The position numbers and the translations under genes were made by a program. 32,000 nt of DNA, from positions 1 to 32,000 of the forward strand of contig JASBSB010000007.1 in NCBI GenBank assembly GCA_030149205.1. The letters are read 5' to 3'. Shown piece by piece: positions 7,840 to 17,025 of this stretch. Below the pieces are notes generated by a model. The model was not told the DNA's origin and searched no databases. It saw only the letters and a list, made by a program, of their open reading frames with translations. Source of the DNA: Candidatus Heimdallarchaeota archaeon (GTDB lineage: Archaea; Asgardarchaeota; Heimdallarchaeia; Heimdallarchaeales; Kariarchaeaceae). Within the stretch, counting starts at the first letter, position 1. Each line of letters opens with the position of its first letter.

Positions 7840-8955
7840 ATGGGTTCCATACAAAACCAAACAAAAAATAATCCTGGGGGAGAAGATGTAAAATCAGCTG
7901 AATCGTCATTAACACACGAAATTAACACAGGTAAGTCTGAGAGGATCAACAAATACAAAAACGAAAAATTCCTTTTTGAGGAGGGAAAGATCCTTTCTAT
8001 AACCAGAAGAGGAAAACTTCTTAAGATCTTTGAGACCTTTCCAATTCAATCCTCGAGATTCATCTCAGCTGATCACACCCTCATTCTTCCGCTTAAGTCT
8101 GGATTCAGCAAAGAATCTTTGAACCTTGCACTAGAAAATGGGACAAATATCACGCTTTCAGATAGAAATGCAGGAGTTAAATTGTACAGCAACCAAATTC
8201 AAGAAGAGCTTGATCTTATCAAAACTCAGCAATACAAAGCAATGAGCTCAGAGAACTTCTGTCACTCATTAAGCACCAAGATTCTTCGCCGAAGTCAGGA
8301 GGGAAAGCTTCAGACCATCAGACTCATGATGTATCTCTCTGAGGATCTAGGAGCAGAGGAAGAGCTTAAGAGTCTTGAAAACTCTTTGATAACTCAAAAT
8401 AATCTTATTGAGAACCCTGATCAGAGATGGAGGACATTCCTCTTTAGTGAAGAAGCAAACTTTGCAGCAGTCTACTTCAACATCTTTAACAAATATTGTG
8501 AGCTACATGGCTGGGAATTTACCAAACGATCCCGAAGACCAGCCCAAAACCCAGTCAATGCACTCTTAAACTATGGATACGCGATTCTAAAGGGAAAGGT
8601 AGATCGACTGGTCACTGGCTCGGGTCTGGACCCATTTGTTGGTATGCTACATACCCTTAGACCAGGGAGAGAGTCACTCTCTCTTGATCTGATGGAACCC
8701 TTTAGACAACTCATGGTTGATACAAGTGTCATTGAGATTATTCACTCAAAACTCCTTTCAGAGAAGGACTTTGAACTAAGAAAAGATGAGGTCAGACTTT
8801 CTGATGATGCCAAAGAGACATTGCAGATGCTGATTAAGCTTCGAACCAATTACAATGAAGAGGAATCTCTGATCCTCCCAATGATTGAAACTATCCGAGA
8901 ACTACTGATGGCAGTCATTAGCTATACTGACAGGGGGAATGCAACGGATGAATAA
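7840..8955 (+). CDS. cas1: Cas1 integrase with intact catalytic triad (ORF track starts at 7702; ATG 7840 preferred)
   Basis: EEANFAAVYF, RSRRPAQNPVNALLNYGYAIL, SGLDPFVGMLH and SLSLDLMEPFR motifs show E/H/E present. The upstream in-frame extension is hydrophobic and crosses a 20-nt (non-triplet) repeat. Confidence 0.95.
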   Translation: MGSIQNQTKNNPGGEDVKSAESSLTHEINTGKSERINKYKNEKFLFEEGKILSITRRGKLLKIFETFPIQSSRFISADHTLILPLKSGFSKESLNLALENGTNITLSDRNAGVKLYSNQIQEELDLIKTQQYKAMSSENFCHSLSTKILRRSQEGKLQTIRLMMYLSEDLGAEEELKSLENSLITQNNLIENPDQRWRTFLFSEEANFAAVYFNIFNKYCELHGWEFTKRSRRPAQNPVNALLNYGYAILKGKVDRLVTGSGLDPFVGMLHTLRPGRESLSLDLMEPFRQLMVDTSVIEIIHSKLLSEKDFELRKDEVRLSDDAKETLQMLIKLRTNYNEEESLILPMIETIRELLMAVISYTDRGNATDE

Positions 8956-9098
8956 TTTCAGAATTTCCAATTGTAGAGAGATACCATACTCAAATGTATC
9001 CTCACCGCATTTACTATGTGAAGATCAGAATTTTAGAATTTATTTCTGGTCAGAAGAATTCTCTGTTGAACAAATGTGTGAGAATCAGTCAGATAGTG

Positions 9099-9224
9099 TG
9101 CAATTCCTTTTGTGCTCTCTGGGTCTGAGGACACCAAAAAATCGGAAATTCCACCGTGCTGGTTCCGCGATTTTGAAAATCGAAATGCATAAATACAAGG
9201 CTTCCCTATGGAGAAATAGCCTCG
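9099..9224 (+). promoter_or_regulatory. CRISPR leader of array 2
   Basis: Inverted homologue of 1982-2107. Palindrome CGATTTT-G-AAAATCG at 9168-9182 and TATA-like ATAAATA at 9189-9195, about 30 nt before the first repeat. Confidence 0.92.
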
Positions 9225-12200
9225 GTTGCAATTGAGTTAAAACCCTTGTAGGGATTGAAACAGTAAATGCACAATTGAATGTATCACCATAAAGTTTAAG
9301 TTGCAATTGAGTTAAAACCCTTGTAGGGATTGAAACGTATCGTCATCAATCCCAACATACTCACGTATAATGGTGTTGCAATTGAGTTAAAACCCTTGTA
9401 GGGATTGAAACGAATATAAACATAATCTATTTTCATCTGAAATGAGCTGTTGCAATTGAGTTAAAACCCTTGTAGGGATTGAAACAAACACACCACAGCA
9501 CCTACAGAAATGGGTTTGACGTGGTTGCAATTGAGTTAAAACCCTTGTAGGGATTGAAACATGTTGGCTTATCAACGCTGAAGCTCATCCTACGAAAAGT
9601 TGCAATTGAGTTAAAACCCTTGTAGGGATTGAAACTTGCAAACTGGCTTCAAAATAATTACAAGTACAGCCATGTTGCAATTGAGTTAAAACCCTTGTAG
9701 GGATTGAAACAAATATTTTTCATACTTTGAAAGAAAAGAATCAATTTGTTGCAATTGAGTTAAAACCCTTGTAGGGATTGAAACATCCATATCATATATG
9801 AAGGGAATGACTGCCAGAAACAGTTGCAATTGAGTTAAAACCCTTGTAGGGATTGAAACGTTTGATTAATAACGGAAACCCTAAATGATTTCTCCTCGTT
9901 GCAATTGAGTTAAAACCCTTGTAGGGATTGAAACCAAATTGAAGGTCATGATAAGGACAGAGATCTCTTACGTTGCAATTGAGTTAAAACCCTTGTAGGG
10001 ATTGAAACCGTTTGCGTCGCTCGTTATGGTTATCCCGTTGGTGAGTTGCAATTGAGTTAAAACCCTTGTAGGGATTGAAACAGTACACTGCATTAAGAAA
10101 GTTTATCCCCGATTTTTAGTTGCAATTGAGTTAAAACCCTTGTAGGGATTGAAACGTTCCATGAAAAAACTATATCTTCTGATGCTGTTCCCTTGTTGCA
10201 ATTGAGTTAAAACCCTTGTAGGGATTGAAACATTTGGACTTTTGTTTTTTTAGAATTTTGAAACACAGTTGCAATTGAGTTAAAACCCTTGTAGGGATTG
10301 AAACGTGCTGGGGACTTCATACTGCAGCAATGTTGCCACAGTTGCAATTGAGTTAAAACCCTTGTAGGGATTGAAACGGAGGTTGTACACTCATTTATTG
10401 TGGTTTTCTCAAGTGTTGCAATTGAGTTAAAACCCTTGTAGGGATTGAAACAGGTTTCCACCTATTGAAAGACCAATCTTTGACTTGCGTTGCAATTGAG
10501 TTAAAACCCTTGTAGGGATTGAAACTCCAAGGCAGAGTCGTTCAGACACGTTTACACCGACTCGTTGCAATTGAGTTAAAACCCTTGTAGGGATTGAAAC
10601 GTGAGTTTCAGCGAATTAATGTATTAATCTTAAAATTGTTGCAATTGAGTTAAAACCCTTGTAGGGATTGAAACATCTTAGGTTTTTTGTCAGTAGTAAT
10701 ATTCTTACCCATGTTGCAATTGAGTTAAAACCCTTGTAGGGATTGAAACTAAGCGTCAACTCTCATCTTATATTCTTCTTCATCTTTGGTTGCAATTGAG
10801 TTAAAACCCTTGTAGGGATTGAAACGCAACAACCCTTTGTTGTTGCCCGCACATAACCCCTACGTTGCAATTGAGTTAAAACCCTTGTAGGGATTGAAAC
10901 ATAAGTTCCCTCTTTATTTGTATCTTATCCTCATTCTGTTGCAATTGAGTTAAAACCCTTGTAGGGATTGAAACAATCTCACCCTCCCTTCTCATTCTTT
11001 TTTTTTTTTTTTGTTGCAATTGAGTTAAAACCCTTGTAGGGATTGAAACTCTTGGAGTGTGTCAAACTTAGAAGCCATATACAGAAGTTGCAATTGAGTT
11101 AAAACCCTTGTAGGGATTGAAACTGAGAAACATGAAATGGACTGTTAGAAATCTTTCTGTGTTGCAATTGAGTTAAAACCCTTGTAGGGATTGAAACTAG
11201 GTGGTGTTGCTATATACTCTTATCAAAATTTCTCTGTTGCAATTGAGTTAAAACCCTTGTAGGGATTGAAACAGCTCTGAGAGATACTTTTGAAATTGAT
11301 GCGTTTTGTGGTTGCAATTGAGTTAAAACCCTTGTAGGGATTGAAACCATTACAAGATACTGTAACTGATAATGATAATGTGACGTTGCAATTGAGTTAA
11401 AACCCTTGTAGGGATTGAAACTTAAGACGGGCGAGTTTGTATTTTTTGTAATGCTCCACGTTGCAATTGAGTTAAAACCCTTGTAGGGATTGAAACTTGT
11501 GCGTTATATAATTAGTACGTATCTTCTCACTTGGGTTGCAATTGAGTTAAAACCCTTGTAGGGATTGAAACACAATTGCATGTTTGAGGAGCTGTATCAC
11601 CATAAAAGTTGCAATTGAGTTAAAACCCTTGTAGGGATTGAAACTATACTTAAAATTATGCTTAAACAGATAGCATATAAGAGGTTGCAATTGAGTTAAA
11701 ACCCTTGTAGGGATTGAAACTTTTCTGCTTCATCCTCGTCTGGTGTGGGAATTGGTTCGTTGCAATTGAGTTAAAACCCTTGTAGGGATTGAAACCAAGA
11801 TGATTTCGAGAAAATGATGAATGAAATCATAGAGTTGCAATTGAGTTAAAACCCTTGTAGGGATTGAAACTATTCTTTGAGTAGGACCCTGCAGGGAGAA
11901 GCTTTATTGTTGCAATTGAGTTAAAACCCTTGTAGGGATTGAAACAAACGGATATTCTGAAACACAATCCCTTATACTCCATCGTTGCAATTGAGTTAAA
12001 ACCCTTGTAGGGATTGAAACAGATATATTCCCTCTTGATATATTCTAATCCTGTTATTGTGTTGCAATTGAGTTAAAACCCTTGTAGGGATTGAAACATA
12101 TATATGGGCTTTGATAAAAGAGAGATGGAACGAACGTTGCAATTGAGTTAAAACCCTTGTAGGGATTGAAACCATATCTTCCGTAGTGTGTTTCCCCGTC

Positions 12201-12399
12201 ACTGTAGACGGTTGCAATTGAGTTAAAACCCTTGTAGGGATTGAAACGAAGAGGTACGGTCAGACAAGTCCCATCTGTCGTTCAGCGTTGCAATTGAGCT
12301 AAAACCCTTGTAGGGATTGAAACGAAGAGGTACGGTCAGACAAGTCCCATCTGTCGTTCAGCGTTGCAATTGAGCTAAAACCCTTTTAGGAATTGAAAC
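9225..12399 (+). CRISPR. CRISPR array 2: 43 repeats and 42 spacers (36-40 nt)
   Basis: Repeat GTTGCAATTGAGTTAAAACCCTTGTAGGGATTGAAAC. The last two repeats (12287-12323, 12363-12399) are variants and the last spacer is duplicated, which marks the trailer end. Confidence 0.99.
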
Positions 12400-12525
12400 T
12401 CATCAATGGGGATTTTCAGTTTAAATAACGACGTACAATTGAATTAGACCTGCTTCTGATTTTTGAGTCTAAGAGAAGAGACAAAATGGTGTGAGTTATA
12501 ACCTGCTTGAAGTTCTGTAAAGACA

Positions 12526-13407
12526 TTATTTTGTTTTTAGTAATTCTGCATCCTCATCATAGCTTAAAATAGATTTTACTAGTTTTTCATATCTATCTAG
12601 TTCTGCATCAGTGATTTTAGCTCTGGTTGTTTGATTAAGCATGGCGAAAGGTGGAGTTGATTTCCATTCAGTACGGTCAATGAGCTTGAAGGACACAGAT
12701 CCAAAATTGTCTTTGATTCCGTCGACTTCACGGTCTGCGTATTTATGTGAGCCTAGAAGTCTTGTGTGTCCATCGAGGATTCCCAATGATTTAAGTATCA
12801 TTGCCTCTTCCTTTTGGGTGGGGTTTGAGATTGACACACTAAATCTTAGTACTCCATTGATGTTGATTAATTCTTTTTGATCATTTCCAAATCCTTTCAC
12901 ATTTTTCACAGAAATTTGTGTTTCGTCAAGAAGAACTGCATCAGAAACCATGACTCTTCCTTTGACTGCATTTGGTTTATCTTTGTTCTGATAATTTTGG
13001 CGACCTGTCTCAATGTATCCAAAGAGCTTGCAGACATCACATGTAACATCCTTGTTAAATCTCATTTCTTTCGTTTTGAAGATAGTCATGTGTTTTTTAG
13101 AAGGTTTAGATGGTTTTTGATTCTCTCTAAGCGGTGAACAGTGCTGAGATGAGCCAATCTCAAGTCTAGATCGAATTAATCCCTTCAGGGTTGACCCTGG
13201 GATGACATATCTGTCTTTGTTATATATCATTGATTTCACTGCTTCTGGTCTTTCAGCTGCGCTTCTTTGATCAACATTAGCTGCGGTTATATTATCAATA
13301 TGCTTTGATTTGGTGTGGATTCTTTCTCCTCCACTTCCGACAAATGTAAATTTGTTGGTTATGACTTCAAAGGTAAATTTCACAAAATTGTTCATGGTGT
13401 TGTGCAT
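12526..13407 (-). CDS. Type III RAMP, Cas7 group (Csm5-like terminal subunit)
   Basis: FTFVGSG, YVIPGSTLKGLIRSRLE, CDVCKLFG and GRVMVSD motifs, with a degenerate G-rich loop (LLGSHK...NFGSVSF). Last gene of the operon. Confidence 0.85.
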   Translation of the reverse strand: MHNTMNNFVKFTFEVITNKFTFVGSGGERIHTKSKHIDNITAANVDQRSAAERPEAVKSMIYNKDRYVIPGSTLKGLIRSRLEIGSSQHCSPLRENQKPSKPSKKHMTIFKTKEMRFNKDVTCDVCKLFGYIETGRQNYQNKDKPNAVKGRVMVSDAVLLDETQISVKNVKGFGNDQKELININGVLRFSVSISNPTQKEEAMILKSLGILDGHTRLLGSHKYADREVDGIKDNFGSVSFKLIDRTEWKSTPPFAMLNQTTRAKITDAELDRYEKLVKSILSYDEDAELLKTK

Positions 13408-13413
13408 TTTAGC

Positions 13414-14193
13414 TCACTCCATTTGTTTGATTAATTTATTCAGATAGTCTTCTGTTTTTTCTGCACCTATCTTTGTTGTTTTAATCTCTGCACCATCAGT
13501 TGTCATGGTATCGGTAAATTTTGTGTTAACGGTTGAGAGAACCTCAACTTTGACACTACCGAATCCTTTTGTTGAGTGTGCACCAATTGTTATTATTCCA
13601 TTGTTAAGGAGTTTTAAGGTGTATGCAAGATATCCTAGACTCAGCTTTTCATTTACAACAGTTATGAATCCTTCAAATTCAGTTCCTTTGGGGACAAATT
13701 CGACCTGTGTAAGCATGTTATTCATGACAGCCCCGTATTTTCTTGAGATAGCAATTGATGTTTTGGTTTGAAGTACTACAGGTTTTTGAGATACAAAATC
13801 GCTAATTCTTGTTGCAGCTCTGAATACTGTTGATCCAAACATCCAGCAAGTTAGACATATTCCCTGATCTTTTTCGGTTTTTCTGAGCACGAGTTTCTTT
13901 TTTAAAGTTGGGTAGTCTGCTTTTGTAAAATCTCTGTCATTTTTGTTTATTTTACGTCCACAGCTGTTCCTATCAAGGGGATCACATGCGTAGTATGAGT
14001 TCGAGCTTCTCAAAACTCTTTCAATATTTGCGCGAATTATTCCTTTCATTGTTGTCCCTGGTATGAATGGATAATCCCCCTCAATATTTTGGATTTTCAT
14101 AACCTGGCTTGCTTTGGTATCAGCAAGGTCTTTTTTTCCACTTCCTACATGTAGCATTGAATCAGCTGTTATTTTGAGTTTGAGGGTGACCAT
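13414..14193 (-). CDS. csm3: Type III RAMP, Cas7/Csm3 family
   Basis: MLHVGSG, PFIPGTTMKGIIR, CLTCWMFGS and IGAHSTKGFGSV G-rich loop. Confidence 0.9.
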   Translation of the reverse strand: MVTLKLKITADSMLHVGSGKKDLADTKASQVMKIQNIEGDYPFIPGTTMKGIIRANIERVLRSSNSYYACDPLDRNSCGRKINKNDRDFTKADYPTLKKKLVLRKTEKDQGICLTCWMFGSTVFRAATRISDFVSQKPVVLQTKTSIAISRKYGAVMNNMLTQVEFVPKGTEFEGFITVVNEKLSLGYLAYTLKLLNNGIITIGAHSTKGFGSVKVEVLSTVNTKFTDTMTTDGAEIKTTKIGAEKTEDYLNKLIKQME

Positions 14194-14212
14194 TTCATTG
14201 TTGTCAAAGTGA

Positions 14213-14965
14213 TTAGCTAGAATTTTTCTTCACCTCAAATTCATTAATGTCATCGTTGAAGGTTACTGTGTATTTTTCTTCTTTTGGTTCAAATTCACCT
14301 TCAACTTTTGTGTAATATGTTGCAGTCAGTTCAGAGAGTTTTAGCACCCCCAATCCCCCGCTTGTTTTACCACCGACAGATATTTGGTTAAGTGCCATTT
14401 TTTTAAGCAGATAAAGGATAATTTTGCTTCTGATGTCATTCTTGTCAGCTGAAAGTTTCTCTTCAAAATTAAATTTGATGTTTTCAACGAACATATCAAA
14501 GAAGTACTCATTTTCTGGTTCTATTACCTCTATTTCATATTTTGCCCCCGGATAAGCCACACCAAGCACACGATGAATTGCGACACCTGGTTTCTGAGAT
14601 GTTGGTACATCATCCTCTGTTGGGATTAGATCAAGTACTTTTACGTGCGATGCCAAGCTGTTACCACCGAATATCCCGCAAACGGGGCAGTAATTGTCTT
14701 CCTTGCACATATTTGATGTATTTGGGGGTTCGCATGAGTTACCGTTACCCACTAATTTTTCTGCTTCCGTTCTAAGAACCCCCTTGAGTGATGTTCCTGG
14801 AATAACAGGTAAATCTATTCCCCCAATATTTTGTTTGAAAACACTGTTTTCACCTATCCCCATTTCCAGAGAGGAACCTCCCACGTGTGTTTGTGTTAAG
14901 TTTTTTATGATTCCCTGTAGTTTGAGAAGAGATTTGAAAGAGTTAAAGTCTTGATAGTCGTTCAT
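14213..14965 (-). CDS. csm3: Type III RAMP, Cas7/Csm3 (Csx7-like) family (ORF track starts at 15031; ATG 14965 preferred)
   Basis: THVGG, PVIPGTSLKGVLRTEAE, CPVCGIFGG and VGGKTSGGLG loop. The ATG is 1 nt after the csm2 stop. Confidence 0.9.
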   Translation of the reverse strand: MNDYQDFNSFKSLLKLQGIIKNLTQTHVGGSSLEMGIGENSVFKQNIGGIDLPVIPGTSLKGVLRTEAEKLVGNGNSCEPPNTSNMCKEDNYCPVCGIFGGNSLASHVKVLDLIPTEDDVPTSQKPGVAIHRVLGVAYPGAKYEIEVIEPENEYFFDMFVENIKFNFEEKLSADKNDIRSKIILYLLKKMALNQISVGGKTSGGLGVLKLSELTATYYTKVEGEFEPKEEKYTVTFNDDINEFEVKKNSS

Positions 14966-14966
14966 T

Positions 14967-15371
14967 TTATCTACTGTACCCTTGTCTCTTTGATTGTGTT
15001 CTGTTTCCAGATTGGCTGACAAATTCTGCATTTAGAGATTTTAGATCTTTTATTTTATCTGTGCTTAATCTGTTTTTCTCTATAATTTCATTTGCCCAGT
15101 TGATATATGTTAACAGTCTGAGTGCGATCTGTGGTTGATCCTTTAATTTTTCCAGTTCCTTGACTAACTCTTTACTGAATGAATGGGTTAGTTTTCCTCC
15201 TGCTGCCTGTCTTGCTGTGAACAGCATTAGTTTCTGCACACCTTCTTTTGTTGGCTCAGATTGTAAAAGATTATATAGATTAGAGATTTGGGATGATCCC
15301 GAACCTTTGTCTGTAATCTTAAACCCTGCCAATTTTGTTCCTAGATCTATGTAGTTTACGTTTTTACTCAT
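14967..15371 (-). CDS. csm2: Type III small subunit (Cas11/Csm2-like)
   Basis: 134 aa, all-helical, with SQISNLYNLL...LMLFTARQ pattern, located between the Cas5-like and Cas7 genes. Confidence 0.75.
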   Translation of the reverse strand: MSKNVNYIDLGTKLAGFKITDKGSGSSQISNLYNLLQSEPTKEGVQKLMLFTARQAAGGKLTHSFSKELVKELEKLKDQPQIALRLLTYINWANEIIEKNRLSTDKIKDLKSLNAEFVSQSGNRTQSKRQGYSR

Positions 15372-16423
15372 TTTTCTACCTCCGGGTTCATTGCCCCGTA
15401 TCCATCATAATCCTTTGTACCGGATCCGATGAGTTGTTGTGTTGGATGTAATTCAATAGTTTTGTCGAGGAGGAGGAGAGAACCTTCTTCGGCGACATAC
15501 GTCAACTCAGTTTGTGTTCCACCACCAGGGTTATTGGATTCCCATCCATTTTCTTTGGAGACTGATCCATTTGATTCTAATATAGAATCAACTTGTATGT
15601 CTCCTATCTTTGTTAATTTTGATTGATTAGTTTCGATAATAGTCTTTGATATTAAGCTCACCTGATTTGATGATACTGTGTTTAGTTTCTTCAGTTCGTC
15701 CACAGAGTTTATTTTCAGGGTTCCAAATCCTTTACTTCGTCCACCTCCGATTTGGATATACTTATCCTTCATAGAATTTATAAATTCCAGAGTTTGTGTA
15801 TTTTCTGTTTCTAGATAGAATGTGAATTGATACCCTGGGATTATAGCCTCGTCAAAATATAGTATCCCTTTTTCGGTGGAGTTAGTAGTTGCCTGAATTC
15901 CTATTCCTGTAAAGTTTGTTGTATAAATTGCAGCCTCAGTAAAGAAGTCACATTCTTTACATTTTAGTCCTTCCCTGTATTTTAATGTAGCAGATTCTTT
16001 GCAAGTAGGGCATGAAGGTACAACTTCAGGATTATCCATTGGAATAATAAAGCCATACTTCTGGTATAATTGATTATTAATGTCTGAAGCTTCTTCTTTT
16101 CTCATGCAACTCTTACATAGCAAATAATTTCGAGGGATTTGGATAAGAATGTCCTGACATTTAGGACAGGTCCTATAGAGGAAGGATACCTTTGCTAATG
16201 GTTTTGCTGAATACAACAAATTATTTGGAACGATACAGGTATTATATTCAGGACATTTATCTTCTATACACCAATCACTGCTATGCTTGCATTCATATCC
16301 AAGAAAGGCGTTAATTAATGCTCCTCTGATTGTAGATCCAGAGATGGTCTTAGAGATTGACCTATCTACCCCAGATTTTATTTTGATGGGCTCAATTTGT
16401 TCTACTGTAACCTTTAGTATCAT
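15368..16423 (-). CDS. RAMP of the Cas5 group (Csx10/Csm4-like) with a Cys-rich insertion
   Basis: ISGSTIRGALI, IGGGRSKGFG G-rich loop and C-terminal GSG...GYG. Contains multiple CxxC pairs. Confidence 0.8.
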   Translation of the reverse strand: MILKVTVEQIEPIKIKSGVDRSISKTISGSTIRGALINAFLGYECKHSSDWCIEDKCPEYNTCIVPNNLLYSAKPLAKVSFLYRTCPKCQDILIQIPRNYLLCKSCMRKEEASDINNQLYQKYGFIIPMDNPEVVPSCPTCKESATLKYREGLKCKECDFFTEAAIYTTNFTGIGIQATTNSTEKGILYFDEAIIPGYQFTFYLETENTQTLEFINSMKDKYIQIGGGRSKGFGTLKINSVDELKKLNTVSSNQVSLISKTIIETNQSKLTKIGDIQVDSILESNGSVSKENGWESNNPGGGTQTELTYVAEEGSLLLLDKTIELHPTQQLIGSGTKDYDGYGAMNPEVEK

Positions 16424-17025
16424 TATTTTCCTTCCTCCTTTAGTAATTTTGAATTTTGTTCGAGAATTGTAAAAGGTACTTTTTTAGCTCCAAACCCATA
16501 ATTTGACCAAAATACTAGTAATGTGTTAAAGAATTTTTTTTCTTCCTCATTTAGGTCATTAAGTTCAAGATGTATCTTCGTGGTTAGCTTTGGTAACTTT
16601 TCTATGAAAAAGAGTGACCCAGTTGCAGCAGACCTTTTCTTTCTATTGAGGGCTATCCTAGGTTGAACAAAACTCTTTTGTTGATTTGTATCAATGTAAG
16701 TTGAATAAGCCTTTATTTTTCCAGATTTTTTTGATCCACCAAATATTGAGCAAACTATGCATTTATCACACATTTTTTTCGTCAAGCTTGTTTTACAGCT
16801 GTTTTCATCTAATCGTATTGCTACAGCCCTCAATGTCCCTTTGATTATGGTGCCAGGTATCCAATATTCTCGATTTATTGAAGATTTTCCATCTTTCGTA
16901 AAGCTGATTCTATTTATTTTTCTAACTTTTAGGTCAGCAATTGATGAACCAGGAGATTCTGCATCCATTGTTCCCCAGCTAGATTTAAATTCTATTTTTA
17001 GATCTATTGTCTCAAATCTGCTCAT
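16423..17025 (-). CDS. Short RAMP, Cas7 group
   Basis: IADLKVRK, WIPGTIIKGTLR, CDKCIVCSIFGG and RIALNRKKRSA motifs; G-rich loop reduced (GFGAKK). Confidence 0.85.
   Translation of the reverse strand: MSRFETIDLKIEFKSSWGTMDAESPGSSIADLKVRKINRISFTKDGKSSINREYWIPGTIIKGTLRAVAIRLDENSCKTSLTKKMCDKCIVCSIFGGSKKSGKIKAYSTYIDTNQQKSFVQPRIALNRKKRSAATGSLFFIEKLPKLTTKIHLELNDLNEEEKKFFNTLLVFWSNYGFGAKKVPFTILEQNSKLLKEEGK

Noticed and set aside
7840-8955. Stand-alone cas1 as a casposase
   Set aside because: There is no family B polymerase, TIRs or C-terminal HTH extension nearby, and it sits directly before a CRISPR leader.
9047-9075. SEEFSVEQ in ORF 8939 resembles the SEEFS/VEQFS repeats of the dead Cas1
   Set aside because: The match is short and low-complexity, in a probably non-coding ORF, with no flanking similarity.
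10826-10846. 8-bp hairpin inside a spacer (GCAACAAC-CCTTT-GTTGTTGC)
   Set aside because: It is real but plausibly just a terminator or operator captured from the invader; one such case among 68 spacers says little.
8939-12217. ORFs 8939-9235, 9085-9306, 9387-9575, 10207-10461 and 11996-12217, including the apparent paralogy of 8939-9235 with 1806-2273
   Set aside because: They derive from the leader and array. The protein similarity simply reflects the duplicated leader DNA.
12432-12450. Possible relic 44th repeat (CAATTGAATTAGACC)
   Set aside because: Only about 12 of 19 positions match, the 3' half is absent, and the spacing (32 nt) is shorter than any spacer.
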